A stretch of 64,000 bases of DNA, from assembly GCF_018977255.1 (NCBI RefSeq), contig NW_024704743.1:4900001-4964000 (forward strand), read 5' to 3'. Numbering within the stretch: position 1 is the stretch's first letter; each line of letters opens with the position of its first letter. Position numbers and translations under genes: made by a program. Positions 12,731 to 25,787 of the stretch are shown here, piece by piece. This stretch comes from Callorhinchus milii (lineage: Eukaryota). The notes below the pieces were generated by a model. That model was given only the letters and a program-made list of their open reading frames with translations, searched no databases and was not told the origin of the DNA.

Positions 12731-12805
12731 TAGCATTCAGTGTAAGATAATGACTAGAGGATCCAAATGAGCCTTTAGGAGCAACTTCTTCACGCAGAGA
12801 GTAGT

Positions 12806-13129
12806 GGAGTCCTGTAGCTCAGCGGTTAGAGCACTCGCTTTGCAAGCGAGAGACCCGGGTTCGATTCCCGGCAGGTCAGGGTGAAATCTCGGGCAAGTTT
12901 CCTTACTCCACACGTCTGATAATAAGCCCTCAAAAAAAACCAATAATAAATTGGTCATTTCAATCCACACGACTGTTTGTGGGACACTGCCGTGCGCAAT
13001 TGGCTGCCTCGTTTCGCCCACAAATATACAGTCAATTGACTTTACAGTCCATTCTGTGAAGCGCTTGGAGACGTCAAGAAGACGTGAAAAGCGCTATATC
13101 AAATGCAAGGATTATTATTGTTATTATTA
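12806..13129 (+). mobile_element. SINE-A short variant inserted into a CR1 3' fragment (about 12750-13350)
   Basis: Intact tRNA-like head; CR1 sequence ttcttcacgcagagagtagtg resumes as agtgagaatgtggaac; tagtg duplicated on both sides. Confidence 0.9.
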
Positions 13130-14794
13130 TAGTGAGAATGTGGAACTCATTCCCTAACCTGTGGTTGAAGCAGTTAGCATGAATGCATTCAAGATGAAGC
13201 TAGATATATACATGAGGGAGAAAGAAATAATAATAATCCTTGCATTTGATAAAGTACCTTATCACATGGTCTCAAAGGAAGCCTCATTTGGAGAATAAAC
13301 ACTGGCACAAATTGGTTGGGCCAAATGGCTTCTTTCCATGCTGTACAGTGTACCCAAACCTATGCAAATTCAGGTTGATATTGAAAATTCCATGACACTA
13401 TTTCTCCAGCTGTCCAAGATGGCCTGACCACCATTCCTCCCGATTAATTGGTCATTTATCTCATGGCTACTCGTGGGCTTTGTTATGCTGCTAAACACCC
13501 CTACAGATCTCTTTCTTTCTTTCATTCGTGTTGACATTAAAGATCGAATTGTGCTATTCGAAAGAGAAGGGAGTTTTTCCCAATCTCCTGGCAGACAATC
13601 CCCCCAAATAAAATCGATCGTTCACTTCAACGCTGTTTGTGGGACATTGGTTTGTGCCACATTCATTAACAAAAATGCACAGTCACTACACTATACAGTA
13701 AATCTTGTGAAGCGCTTTGAAACATCCCCCCCATCCCCCCCAACATGAAACGTGCTGTATTAAATGTGAGGATTATTCTTACTGGCACAGTACATCGCTG
13801 CTACGAGTCGTAAATCCTCACTGGTGTTAAAACACACAGAAACAACGGAATTTAAATCGGAAAATAACAATGTCCTGAACCCCACCCATCAATGATGGAC
13901 AAATAAGGATTTTACTTGGATAACGTGGATAATGTGGAAGTGGTTATACCAGAAAAAATGTACATTATTTTAAGAAATACATCTTGATTTCTCCTTCCCG
14001 CCCTCAAATTACATTACTCTTATATTATTTTGTGCGTGGAGAAATTTAGACCCTGAAAAGCCTTGAACAAATGAATAATGGGCCCTCTTGCTGAACATTA
14101 CTGACTTAAATTAAGGTGGCCGACATAACTTGAGGAGTTACCGGGAATCAAGTATTAATTGGATGCTTTAATGAACAAAATTCCTCCAAGCTTTTTTGCG
14201 AGACACAGTCTTCCCGTGAAAACCACTGAAAGGGTTCTAGTTTTTCATGAGTGTAGGTTGGGTTCTGTATACCATTTTCCCCAACAACAGCGAGAATATT
14301 TATGCAGTATATGGCTCTTTGCAACTACATAAGCTACACGTTGTATTCCTATGGGACTCAAAAGAACTTTAGAAAAGTATCTGTGCTGGAAAAAAAAAGG
14401 ATTAGTGCAAAAAGATATTGTATTATACAATACTGTGCTTAAATCCCAATGGAACGGGCCTGAATTCAGTGCACTATGCAATATGTTTCCACCTCCTCGG
14501 CCCCACTTCCCTCTCCACCACACGTGCTGACAGACCAAACTAGTCTGTCTCCCAGTACATCCCAATCATGTTTAAGAGGGAAACAAAGTAGGCTCCTGAT
14601 GGCGTGTCCCCCAGGGTACAGGGGAGGAAGAAGACGTGGAGGTTACAACCTTGGTAAAGATCCCCTCGCATCACCATCAGGAACAGGGGCAGCTGCAGTT
14701 CGAGACATCCCCTGTGCAGGTGCCTTCTCTCCTCCTCACCGCCCAATGCTTGTTGCTGCAAAGTGTGCTCCTCTATCATCTACCTTCTTATCAA

Positions 14795-15161
14795 ATATTC
14801 CTTGCATTTGAGTTAACACCTTATCCTGTCTTTGAGACAACTCAAAGAGCTCACAGAATACATTGCAAAGCGCAAACTGACTTTGTATTTTGTGGGCGAA
14901 ACGCGACAGTCAAATTGCGCACAGCAGTGTCTCACCAACAGTCGTGGATTGAGTGACCAAATTATTATTATTATTTGTGTAAGGAATTATTACCCCCGAA
15001 AAAGCGATCCACCAATTGACTGACAACCGGGTTCCTACTTACCGCTAGGTAAACAGACGTGTCGTGTAAGGAATATTGCCCAGTGTTTCGCCCTGCCTGG
15101 GAATCAAACCCAGGTCTCTCGCTTGCGAGGCGAGTGCTCTAACCGCTGAGCTACAGGACTC
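14795..15161 (-). mobile_element. SINE-A long variant
   Basis: Reverse-complement head ...ctgagctacaggactc plus central block ccgggttcctacttac..ctaggtaaacaga. Confidence 0.9.
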
Positions 15162-15361
15162 AACATAAGCAACCATAGAGTGAGGGGTCAATTTTATTTG
15201 GGGGCCTGGCGGACAGGACATTGCAGAAACCTCAATATGACTTATGGCTGACCCATAAGAAAAACTAATGGCATTCCAACATCAACAGCAATTTAAAGCT
15301 CCTCTCACATCAGGAGAAACAATTACAATTGTCATTTAGATGATAATAGCTTAATTTTATG

Positions 15362-15895
15362 AGAATAATAATCCTTTTATTTGATATAGTGCCTTACCAC
15401 GTCATCGAGTTGTCTCAAAGTGCTTCACGAGATATGTCGCAAAGTGCAATGATTGCATGGATTTTATTGGCAATCGCAGCAACCAAGTTGCACACAGCAA
15501 TGTCCCACAAACATCCATGGAGTGGGTGACCAATTTTACGTCATAGAATAATAGAATTATACAGCGCAGAAGGAGGTCATTCGGCCCATCATGTCTGCGC
15601 TGACTCTTTGAAAAGAGCTTTCGAAATCAATTCCACTCCCCCGCTCTCAGACTTGGGGGAGTTGGCCAGGACACCGGGAGAAACAACTGGCTCGTTTCGA
15701 AGAGTGCAGTGGGATCTTTAACATGGACCTGGACAAGCAGACGGGACCTTAGTCTAATCATCAGAAGGACAGGACCTCCAATAATACAGCACACCCATTG
15801 CTTTGGAGTGTCACCATGGCCTACTTGAGTTCAAGGTCAGTCCGGAGCCTTGGTGCTCAGAGGCAAGTGTGCTCCCGACTGAGCTAAGCTGATAC
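15362..15895 (-). mobile_element. Deu-type SINE interrupted by a CR1 3' tail (about 15543-15650)
   Basis: ggccaggacaccgggagaaac...gggatctttaac...ctcagaggcaagtgtgct..actgagc; insert cagaaggaggtcattcggccc. Confidence 0.65.
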
Positions 15896-16049
15896 CTCAA
15901 TCCCTAATTTGCATTCTTGCTTGTTAATGAATCGTGCCCGTGTGCTTCTTGTTTCTACCTTTCAGCCTCCTTGTTGCTGGCTGTTGACCATGTTTTCCAC
16001 TTGCACCTCATCAGCAGCACCAGGGCAATCAGTCCCAAGCTTGCCTCAC

Positions 16050-16400
16050 ATGGAGTTACACAGAAACCTGTAGCACGGAAGCAGGCCATTTGGCTCAATT
16101 GGTGAATGACAGTGCTTATACTTCAGATCAGACCTCACCCTTTCCTCTCACCGACACCCCTCGATTTCCCTCTCATGTATGCATTGTTTTCTCTTAAATA
16201 CATTGATGCTTTTTTGCTTCGACCACAGTGTGCGTTCTTGGGTTCCACATTCTCACCGCTATCTGCTTGAAGAACTTCCTGCTAAACATCTTATTATACC
16301 TACTGCTGTCTATCTTCCATTTACGTCTTCTCATTTTGGACCCACCAACAAGCAGAAACAGCCTATCAATGTCCAACTTATTGAGTGCTTTCATGACATT
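16050..16400 (-). mobile_element. CR1 3' fragment
   Basis: ORF 16194-16394: MKALNKLDIDRLF...FFKQIAVRMWN. Confidence 0.7.
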
Positions 16401-16524
16401 AAAAGTCTCAATGTTTTCAAAGAGGCTGACAATGGCCTTGTCCCCAAGAGGAGGAGAATTATTACATGGGGGGGAGGGAGGGACAACAACTAAGACAAGA
16501 AGTGGAGATGCACAGAAATGATAC

Positions 16525-16869
16525 TACTAATAACAATAATCCTTCCATTTGATGTAGCGCCTTATCATGTTTTCGAGACGTCTCAAAGCGCGTCACAGAA
16601 TATACTATAAAGTGAATTGACGGCATATTTTGTGGGCGAAACGCGGCAGCCAATTGCGCACAGCAGTGTCCCGCTAACAGTCTTTTTTAAAAAAAAGGGG
16701 ATTATTATCCGTGGAAAAAGTGATCTGCCAATCGACTAGCAACTGGGTTCCTACTTACGGTTAGGTAAACAGAAGCGTGTGGAGTAAGGAAACTTGCCCT
16801 GCCTGGGAATCGAACCCAGGGCCTCTCGCTTGCGAGGTGAGTGCTCTAACCACTGAGCTACAGGACTCC
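16525..16869 (-). mobile_element. SINE-A long variant
   Basis: Full head-to-tail match to the family on the minus strand. Confidence 0.9.
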
Positions 16870-16983
16870 ACAGATATAGGCTATTTCCAAAGGTATGGCC
16901 CCTACATGACAGTCCTACTCTGCAGCAAACAATAAAACTGCGTAGCAATACTTAGAACAAGACACCGCGGGGGGTATGGGATG

Positions 16984-17637
16984 TGGAGTTCTGTGGTGTA
17001 GTGGTTAGAGCGCAGCACTTGCCTCGCAAGCGAGAGGACGTGGGTTCAATTCCCGGGCAGGGCAAAACCACAATCAAGCTTCCTTACACCACATACTTCT
17101 GTTTACCAGCAGTAAATAGAAACCCCGAGGTCAGTACCTCCTGCCTCTCAGACTCACAGACACACACACACACTCAGAGAGAGACAGACACACACACTCA
17201 GAGACACATACTCACAGTCAGAGAGAGAGAGAGAGAGACAGACGCATACACACAAACACACTCACAGACACTGAGAGACACACATACAGACAGAGGAGAG
17301 AGAGAGACACATTCGCACAGACACACACACACGCTTACAGAGGAGAGAGACTGCAATGCAGCACTCGCCTCTCAAGCGAGAGACCCGAGCTCGATTCCCG
17401 GCAGGACGAAAACTTGGGCAAGTTTCCTTACTCCACACGCCTGATAATAATCCCTCAAGAAAAGAAAACAATAATAAATTGATCACTTCAATCCACGGCT
17501 GTTTGTGGGACGCTGCTGTGCGCAATTGGCTGCTGCGTTTCGTCCACAAATATACAGTCAATTCACTTTACAGTCTATTCTGTGAAGCGCTTTGAGAAGT
17601 TTCGAAGACGTGAAAAAGTGCTATATCAAATGCAAGG

Positions 17638-17679
<42 letters not shown>
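16984..17679 (+). mobile_element. SINE-A head fragment (16984-17130), CA/GA microsatellite (about 17148-17350) and SINE-A short variant (17356-17679)
   Basis: Two tRNA-like heads; long (att)n tail at about 17638-17679. Confidence 0.85.
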
Positions 17680-17682
<3 letters not shown>

Positions 17683-18312
17683 GGCTGGTGGACTTTTCTA
17701 TTGGCCCAGGCCATAAGAAATAAGCCATATGTGCCCTGACCTATTTAAAATGAAGAACCATTATCACAAAAAAACCCCGAACAAGCAATTGTTTGGTAAG
17801 TTAAAAACGGAGGAGAAACAGGAGTTAATGTAACTTTGTAAAATTTACGGATATATTCTGCTTAATTATTTAGAAATATTTATTAACCTGCGCTGTGTTC
17901 TGAAGCTGCAGCACAATAACATAAGCCACTTTATTGCCTGAAAAGTTAATATCTCACTGGACTGCTCTCCAGTGCTGTGTCACAAAACAGAGGAATAATC
18001 ATTCAGGTTCTGCGAGCCATGAAATGAAAAGAAACATTCGCTGGGGTTGTTGCAATGGCACCGCTTGTGTCATAAAAACTGGGAAAAAAAGTACTTGTTC
18101 ACCAATTAACAGACTTTAAACAGTTCTCTTCAGAATTCCAGCTCTTGCTCCCAAGTGGACTGTCCTGGGGAGAAATTCCACCTGGATCGGTTTAAATTTA
18201 CTCTTATTGTGTAACGTTCGAAAGGCCTTAGGTTTTTTTTTTGTAAATTCCTTTTAAGAACTGCGAAAAACTTACTCAAAAGGTAAGACGGTATTGAAGA
18301 AATTGGCAATTT

Positions 18313-18655
18313 AATAATCATTCTTGTATTTGATACAGCGCCTTATCACGTCATTGAGACGTCTCAAAGCGCTTCACAGAATATACCGTAAAGTGGTTTG
18401 ACTGTATATTTTGTGGGTGAAACTCGGCAGTCAATTGTGCACAGCAGCGTCCCCACAAACAGCCGTGGATTGAGTGACCTTTTTGGGGGGGAGGGCGGGC
18501 GGGTGAGTTATTAGCCCCTGAAAGTGATCCGCCGAACGGCTAACGACCGGGTTGGTTACTGTCGGGTAAACAGAGGCGTGTGGAGTAAGGAAACTTGCCT
18601 AAGGTTTCACCCGGCCTGGGACTCAAACCCGGGTCTTCTCGCTTGCGAGGCGAGC
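18313..18655 (-). mobile_element. SINE-A long variant
   Basis: Family body and tail on the minus strand; head 5'-clipped. Confidence 0.85.
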
Positions 18656-19649
18656 AAGAAATTGCTCGCAAGCTCCGAAATGCCCCGTTAATGTAATTCA
18701 TCTAATTTCTCCCAGTATCTACATTAGTTCCGAATGTTGCAAGGGTTTAATTTAAAAAAAAAGGCGTGAGAACAGGAACGGGAGAAGTGCCATAAAAAGT
18801 CACGTGGAGGGTATAAGCAGGACAATCTTCTGCAATTTGGGCCTAATTTTTAATTCCCTCGGCCCCATTAAAAGTGGAACAATCACCTCGCTGCTGGTTG
18901 TTTTTCAGAGTAAATTGCCAGGACTTTTTTTTTGTTTTTTTCCATTCCAGGAAAGAGGAGAGTAGCAAATGTTTATAGGTTTTGAAACAAGAAAAACAGC
19001 ATCAACGACTTGCAGTTACATAGCACCCTTCACATAGGGTGGTCCCCCGAGCTCGGGGTAAGAGCGGGGGAGTGGGATCAGTTGGTAGCTCTTTCGAAGA
19101 TGTGCTGTAAGATTCTATAATTCGACGATAAAATAGATCAGCTTATTAAATATGACCGGGAGAAACTGGAAAGCGAAATAGGTCATTATGATTTTCCTGC
19201 TAGCCTTTGTTTACAATTAAAACGAATGGCCAACGCCTTACTGCACCCACTTCAGGAAGTTAATTAGAATATGCTATGTTTTTTTAACAAGCGCTACATT
19301 TCATACGACAATGTATAACAACGGTTAGAAACTACATTATCAACAGAATTATAACAAGATGACCATTGCTGGCATTGTTAGCTAGTACTAATATTCACAA
19401 GAATATTCCAGTTTAGTGTATTTGAGGCCGAAAATTCCACTTCATGTGAGTATTTTGTACTTTTTAATCATAAAATTTAAATTTATGGAAAATTACTGGT
19501 AGAAAATCATTGAATTCAGGCAGTCTTCATTTGGAAGACTAGCTCAGTTGGTAGCACTTTCATCTCAGTCAGAAGACTACGGTTTCAAGCCCTACGTCGG
19601 GACGGGGAACTCATGTAGTCCAAGCTCACACGACACAAGTCAGAGGATA

Positions 19650-19990
19650 ATCAAAGAGAAAGGTCTTGAGATGGGCCTTGAAGGAGGCAATGGATGGGGC
19701 GGGACATAGGGACAGCAGGACGGAGTTCCAGAGCATGGGGACAGAAAGGTTGAAGGCCCAACCACCAATGGTGGGGAGGGCAGGGCAGGGGATGTGAAGC
19801 AGACCAGTGGTGCCTGGTGAGCGAAGGGAGTAGGTGAGCTCGTAAGGTTTTAGAAGGTCATAGGGTTAGAGTGGGGCAACACCGTGGAAGGATCTAAAAG
19901 TAAGGACGAGGATCCTGAACTGTAATCGTTTGGATCCAGTGGAGCCGGTCGAGGATGGGGGTGGTAGGCTTGCGGCGCCTGGTGCGAGAC
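19650..19990 (-). mobile_element. L2 ORF2 C-terminal fragment
   Basis: LQFRILVLTFRSFHGVAP peptide. Confidence 0.75.
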
Positions 19991-20787
19991 GCAGCCAGCT
20001 ACGTTTCAGCCAACTCAGCGCAGACTGGGAACTGAACCTGCAACATTCCATCCTGTACGCCTCAGCTACTCACTGGGTAAATAATAATAATAATAATAGC
20101 AATCTTTGCATTTGATATTTCTTATCACACCATCAAGGCATCTCAAAGGAGTTCAAAGCATTTCACAAGTTTCACTGTAAAGTCAGTGACGAGGTGTAAT
20201 GCACTGAAACACTGTAGTTTAATAATAATAATAATAATAATAATCCTTGCATTTGATAGAGTGTCTTATCACGTCGTTGAGACGTCTCAAGGCGCTTCAC
20301 AGGATATACTGTAAAGTGAACTGACTGTGCATTTTGTGGTCGAAACGTGGCAGCCAAATGCACACAGTAGTGTCCCACAAACAGTCGTGGATTGAGTGAC
20401 CAATTTATAAAAAAAAATGTACTTGTGTGACAGAAATGCGGTTGACAATTTTAGTTTGGATTGTGTAAATGATCCTGAACGAGAGAGGCTGAGGCAAGAC
20501 CTCTTCTACTGTACTTCCTTATGTCCTGGGGAACTTGGATCTCTCCCAAAACCCCTTCGCCTTGGGCCTTCTCTCCCTGCTTCATCGCCTTCTTAAAAAT
20601 ATTCCTCAACCGGGCCTCTTGGCAACATCCTCGAATTCCCTCATTCCCTCCCGCTCTCCTCTCTGCTCGGTGATCTCATCGACATTGAGAAGCGAGTTTG
20701 GACGGTTATTCCAACATGAAAAGCACTGCATTAGAATTAGCCATTGCCTCAACTGAAGAGCTCAGTGGGAAAGCTTAGACGATAAGT

Positions 20788-21142
20788 GGAGTCCTGTAGT
20801 GTATTGCTTAGAGCACTCGCCTTGCAAACCAGAGGACCTGGGTTTGATTCCCGGGCAGGGCGAAACGTTAGGCAAGTTTCCTTCCTCCACATGTCTCTGT
20901 TTAGTCGATTAGCGGACGGTTTTCCGGAGGTAATAAGCCCTCNAAAAAAAACATGCGATCACTCAAGCCACGACTGTTTGTGGGACGCTGCTGTGCGCAA
21001 TTGGCTGCCGGTCGAGTTTCGCCCACAAAACACGCAGGCAATCCACTTTGCGGTATATTCTGTGAAGCGCTTTGAGACGTCTAAACGACACGATAAGGCG
21101 CTCTATTAGATGCGAGGATTATTATTATTATTATTATTATTA
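20788..21142 (+). mobile_element. SINE-A copy (internal partial deletion)
   Basis: ggagtcctgtag head and (att)n tail; a truncated minus-strand copy lies at about 20221-20410. Confidence 0.85.
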
Positions 21143-22361
21143 TAAAGGGGCAATAATGAGTCTCTCAACCTCAGCGTTCACTTGAAAAGGCAAAAAAGGA
21201 CATCGAGCAAACTGCAGGACCTGTCTGGCAATGCAAGAGTTAATTTGCTTGATTTTCCAAACACAGTTGGTGTATGCCGAAAGCCCCTCCCCCCCACTTT
21301 CCCCCCCCACTTTCCCCCCCCACTTCCCCCCCCCTTCCAAAAAAAAACGCTTAAAATATAATTAGATGACTGAAAAGATTAGGACGAAGCCTTAAAAATT
21401 CAAATGATCGATCGTGAACAACGGCCCTCGGTGACAAGACAGCACCATGGCTTTCTTTGCATCTCTCGGAACTTTCCGGAATCTTTTCCTTCTGGAAGCT
21501 TTGCTCAAACTGGCCGACAGATGGCAATCAGAGTCCGGAGCGTCACATTCCACGTGGCACTTGCCAAGATTGCCCTTCCATCCCGTTAAAACGTTACCAG
21601 CATTTTTCCTTTCAACTCAAGTCATCTGCCCCCTCCGCACTCACCCACCCCCCCTCCTCCCTCCCTCTCTCTCCCTCCCCGTCACCTCCCCCACCCCCCA
21701 CCAGCTTGCGTCACCAGTTGGGTTTAACAGAGAGAAGCAGGGTTCAAAAAAAAAAAAATCTCGCAAAGAACTTTTATTGAAAACAACAGATGGTTTGTCA
21801 GTGAGAGAGTCTGGGCTTTGGCCCATGTGCAAATACTGGCCCCGGTTCAAGGCAGGATCATGTAACCGCCTGTAAATCTCCCCTGACTGTCTGTCTGTTC
21901 GTCCTTGTGTCTGCGCTCTGAATGCTGCTCTTAAACTTTTAGTAAACGTCCAACGAACTAAATGTATCTCGCAAAAGACCAGATGGACTTTCAAGCACGC
22001 TTTGAAAGCACAGAGATCACGAGAGTTTCAGTTGAAGAGGGAATCCCTTTAACCCGTTTCATCTCCTCCTCCTCCACAGGTACCCACCTATCGTCCTCCC
22101 AGCACAGCAATGAGCTGTGCCTTAAATGAGTCCAGGGACCTGGGCCCAAGCAACCTTCCTGCTAATCCCGTTCCAGGTGGTGATTAATCTCTCTGAGAGC
22201 AGATAACAGCTGTGTCGGGGAGTGATGGGGAGCTGAGTGGGGAATAATAATAATAATCCCTGCATTGATACAGCGCCTTATCAAGTGGTCGAGACGTCTC
22301 AAGGCGCTTCACAGAATATACTGTAAAATGAATTGACTGTGTATTTTGTGGGGTGGGGGTA

Positions 22362-22570
22362 GGAGCTGAGTGGGGGAGTAATGGGAGCTGAGTGGGGGAG
22401 TAATGGGAGCTGAGTGGGGGAGTAATGGGAGCTGAGTGGGGGAGTAATGGGAGCTGAGTGGGGGAGTAATGGGAGCTGAGTGGGGGAGTAATGGGAGATG
22501 AGTGGGGGAGTAATGGGAGCTGAGTGGGCGAGTGGTGTGAGCTGAGTGGGCGAGTGATGGGAGCTGAGGG
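22362..22570. repeat. 22-bp G-rich minisatellite gggagctgagtgggggagtaat
   Basis: About 9 tandem units; a stray unit at about 22220-22243 lies on the other side of a SINE-A tail. Confidence 0.9.
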
Positions 22571-22900
22571 TGGGGTGGGGGAGTGGGGGGTGTGTGTGGT
22601 GGGGGAGAGAATCTCGTTCTGCATCCCGTGACCTCTTTGCAAGTATTATTGTTATTATTATTACTATTATCACACAAACTGCCTGAACAGGCAGACGAGG
22701 TCTAACGTCTGAAGGACGGCACCTCCAACAATATAGCACACACGCAGCTCTGCGTTGGGGGCAGGCGGTCTCTAACCCGAGGATTAGATCGAGGATGATC
22801 AAAAGGACAAGAGGAAGGAGCTAGAGAACCGCGTAAGTATTTAGCTCAGTTGAAAACGAAGTTGGATGCGCAAAGTGTTTCAATCATCTGGAAATATAAA

Positions 22901-23212
22901 ATAATAATAATAATAATAATCCTTGCATTTGATATAGCGCTTTTCAAAGAGAAGTCTCAAAGCGCTTCACCCAATATACTATGAAGTGAATTGACCGTAT
23001 ATTTGTGGGTCGAAACCCGGCAGCCAATTGCGCACAGCAGTGTCCCACAAACAGTAGTGGATTGAAGTGACCGATTTTTTTAATTTTTTTGTTTTGAGTA
23101 ATTATTATCAGGTGTGTGGAGTAAGGAAACTTGCCCAACATTTTGCCCTGGCCGGGAATCAAACCCAGGTCTCTCGCTTGCGAGGAGAGTGCTCTAACCA
23201 CTGAGCTACGGG
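22901..23212 (-). mobile_element. SINE-A short variant
   Basis: Full head, attatcagg.gtgtgg junction and tail; another truncated copy at about 23321-23485. Confidence 0.9.
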
Positions 23213-23700
23213 AGAATCATAGAATCTTGCAACACAGAATGAGGCCATTCGGCCCATCGAGCCTGTGCCAACCCTTGCTCTTGCTCCAACTACCTTGCTC
23301 TTTCCCCAAAGCCCTGCAAACAATAATATCCCTTGCATTTGATGTAGCGCCTTATCACGTCTCCGAGGTGTCTCAAAGCACTTCACAGAATATACTGTGA
23401 AGCGAATTGACTGTTTATTTTGTAGACGAAATGCGGCGGACAATTGCGTACAGCAGCGTCCAGTCGTGGATTGAGCGACCAATTTTCTTTTAAGGAAGTT
23501 TATTTGTCTCCTTTTCAGTGTATCTCCGTTCGCCTTTTGTTATCGAATCTGCTTCCACAACTCTTTCAGGCTGTGCGTTCCAGATTACACAACTCGCTGC
23601 GTGACACAAATCTCCCTTCTGGTTCTTTTATCCAATTATCTTAAATCTGCCTCCTGCATTAAATATCTCCCCTTCTTGTTTTTATTGACAATGTGTGAGA

Positions 23701-23716
23701 TGCCATCTAGTGGAGA
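23701..23716 (-). promoter_or_regulatory. Candidate CTCF motif (reverse orientation)
   Basis: Minus strand CCACTAGATGGCA in unique sequence; motif match only. Confidence 0.45.
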
Positions 23717-24089
23717 TTGACCGGTTGGAGACACCTGGATGTGCCCCATTGCTGCTGATATACATCAAATTCTCAGATTTCATTCCGTTCGGAGCTTAGC
23801 ATTAAACACATAAAAGATGCTCTCTCTCTCTCTCTCTCTCTCTCGCATGAAAGAATCAAGGATTTAAGCTTGCCCTCTAATACAAATCCTTTCCAAGATG
23901 ATATTTTTCAACTTGGAAGTACAATATAATATAACGATATTATTGCTATTTGGGGCCACAAAAGAAATTAAATCAGATTAACTATGGATTATTTGGATCC
24001 GACTGATTTGCACGTTGCGTGCACAGAAACGATGACTGAAATGGGATGCTCACTCTCTCCCTCGAGGGCACTACTTCTAGAGAGTATTA

Positions 24090-24500
24090 GTTACATAAGA
24101 ACAGAAGAATTGCTGGACGAAAGAAGACCAAGGTGCACCCCAGTTCATCTACCACCATCCTGGCAGGCGTGCTGCACGTCACGTCCCAAAACTACGCACT
24201 GTATCCCGCGACACTGTCTCCTAAAAGAAATCTATCTAATTTGCTTTCGAAAGAATCAACACGTTCTGCTTCCACCATCTCCCGAGGGAGGCTGTTCCAC
24301 ACGCTTACGACTCGCTCACTGAAATAGCGTTTCCGTAGATTTGTTTTGAATTTACCCCCCCTCTCCGCCCCCCCACCCCCCCACACTTTCGATCGCAGAT
24401 CGGGTCCTCTGGTTCTACTGTTCTGGACAGAATAAAACAGTTTATCATTATCTACAACGTCCAATCCTTTCAGAATATTGAAAGATGTGATTATATCCAG
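24090..24500 (-). mobile_element. CR1 3' end, second subfamily
   Basis: NLRKRYFSERVVSVWNSLPREMVEA...FESKLDRFL in ORF 24192-24581; ttcttatgtaac terminus. Confidence 0.85.
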
Positions 24501-24574
24501 CTCAGGAACTGGAGTGTTGAGACTGCCACAGAAAGTTGAGCTCATTTGGTCGTCATTTACTCGTTCGCTGAAAC

Positions 24575-24911
24575 AGCGCAAGCGAGGGACCTGGGTTCGA
24601 TTCCTGGGCAGGGTGAAATGCTGGGCAAGTTTCCTTAGTCCACACGCCCCTGGTTACCTAGCAGTAAGTAGGAACTCAGATGTTTGTCGATCGGCAGATC
24701 GCTTTTCCGGGGATAATAATCCCTTCAAAAAATAAATAATAATAATAATTTGGTCCCTAAACCCACGACTGTTTGTGGGACACTGCTGGGTGCAACCAGC
24801 TGACGCATTTCGCCCACAATAGTCAATTCGCTTTACAGTGTATTCTCTGAAGCGCTTTGAAACGTCTCGAAGACGTGATATAAGGCGCTAATTCAAAGGA
24901 TTGTTATTATA
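24575..24911 (+). mobile_element. SINE-A long variant (5'-clipped)
   Basis: B box ggttcgattcc, central block and tail. Confidence 0.85.
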
Positions 24912-25329
24912 CTGTCAAGTGAATTGACTGTGTATTTTGTGGGCCAAACGCAGCAGCCAAGTGCGCACGACGGTGTCCCACAAACAATCGCGGATTGAAG
25001 TGACCAAATTATTCTTAGTTAATGTAACAGAGGACGCAAGACTACAATGCAGGCACACCACATGATTTGTCCACACACTGATGCCAATACGGCAAGCCAG
25101 TTTTGCACTTAAGTGCAAAGTTCTGTTTATTCTTCAACAGCAGGTCACAGTCAACTTTCAAATGCTAAGTTGCCCTCATTTGACAGAAATAAGAAATGTG
25201 TTCATTTCTGCTGCTCATAAATAATTCAAAACAGCATTTCCATTTGGGGATTGGGCGGTTTATGTACTGTGGGAACACTGAAGCTAACAACCAGGTGGGA
25301 TCCAGAGATGGAAGGGAAATGGAGAAAAA

Positions 25330-25374
25330 TATTGTAGGTAAACTCCCTAGAGTGTAGGGAGTTTACCTACAATA
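25330..25374. repeat. Perfect 20-bp inverted repeat with 5-nt loop
   Basis: tattgtaggtaaactcccta-gagtg-tagggagtttacctacaata. Confidence 0.95.
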
Positions 25375-25787
25375 ATAACCTTCCTTACTTTAGCCCTTCT
25401 CGTTTCCTTTGTCACACTTCGCAAATGACTCCTTGCAAATCTCCTCTCTTTGAGAAATGGGGTCGAAACTCACAGCTGTGGCTTTTCTGAGGTGTTGTTG
25501 GAGGATGGATGATAGATGATCTCCCCCCCCCCCCCCCCCCCGCTCGGTCCTGGGATCCGTGACTGTGAAGCGCTCCGAGACGCCGTCCGGCGTGGAGGGC
25601 GCTCTATAAATCCAAGTTGGTGTTGTTGTTGGATGTTAAACTTCAACTGGATAAGGCTGAGTTAAGTAGAACGGATTTTGCCTTCTGTTTGATGTGGGGG
25701 TGGGGGGGTGGGTTTGGGGGTTTAAATTGAGCCCAAACTTAAGAGATTGTTTCGGCAAACACAACAACTGCAGCCTAAAAGCACCAG

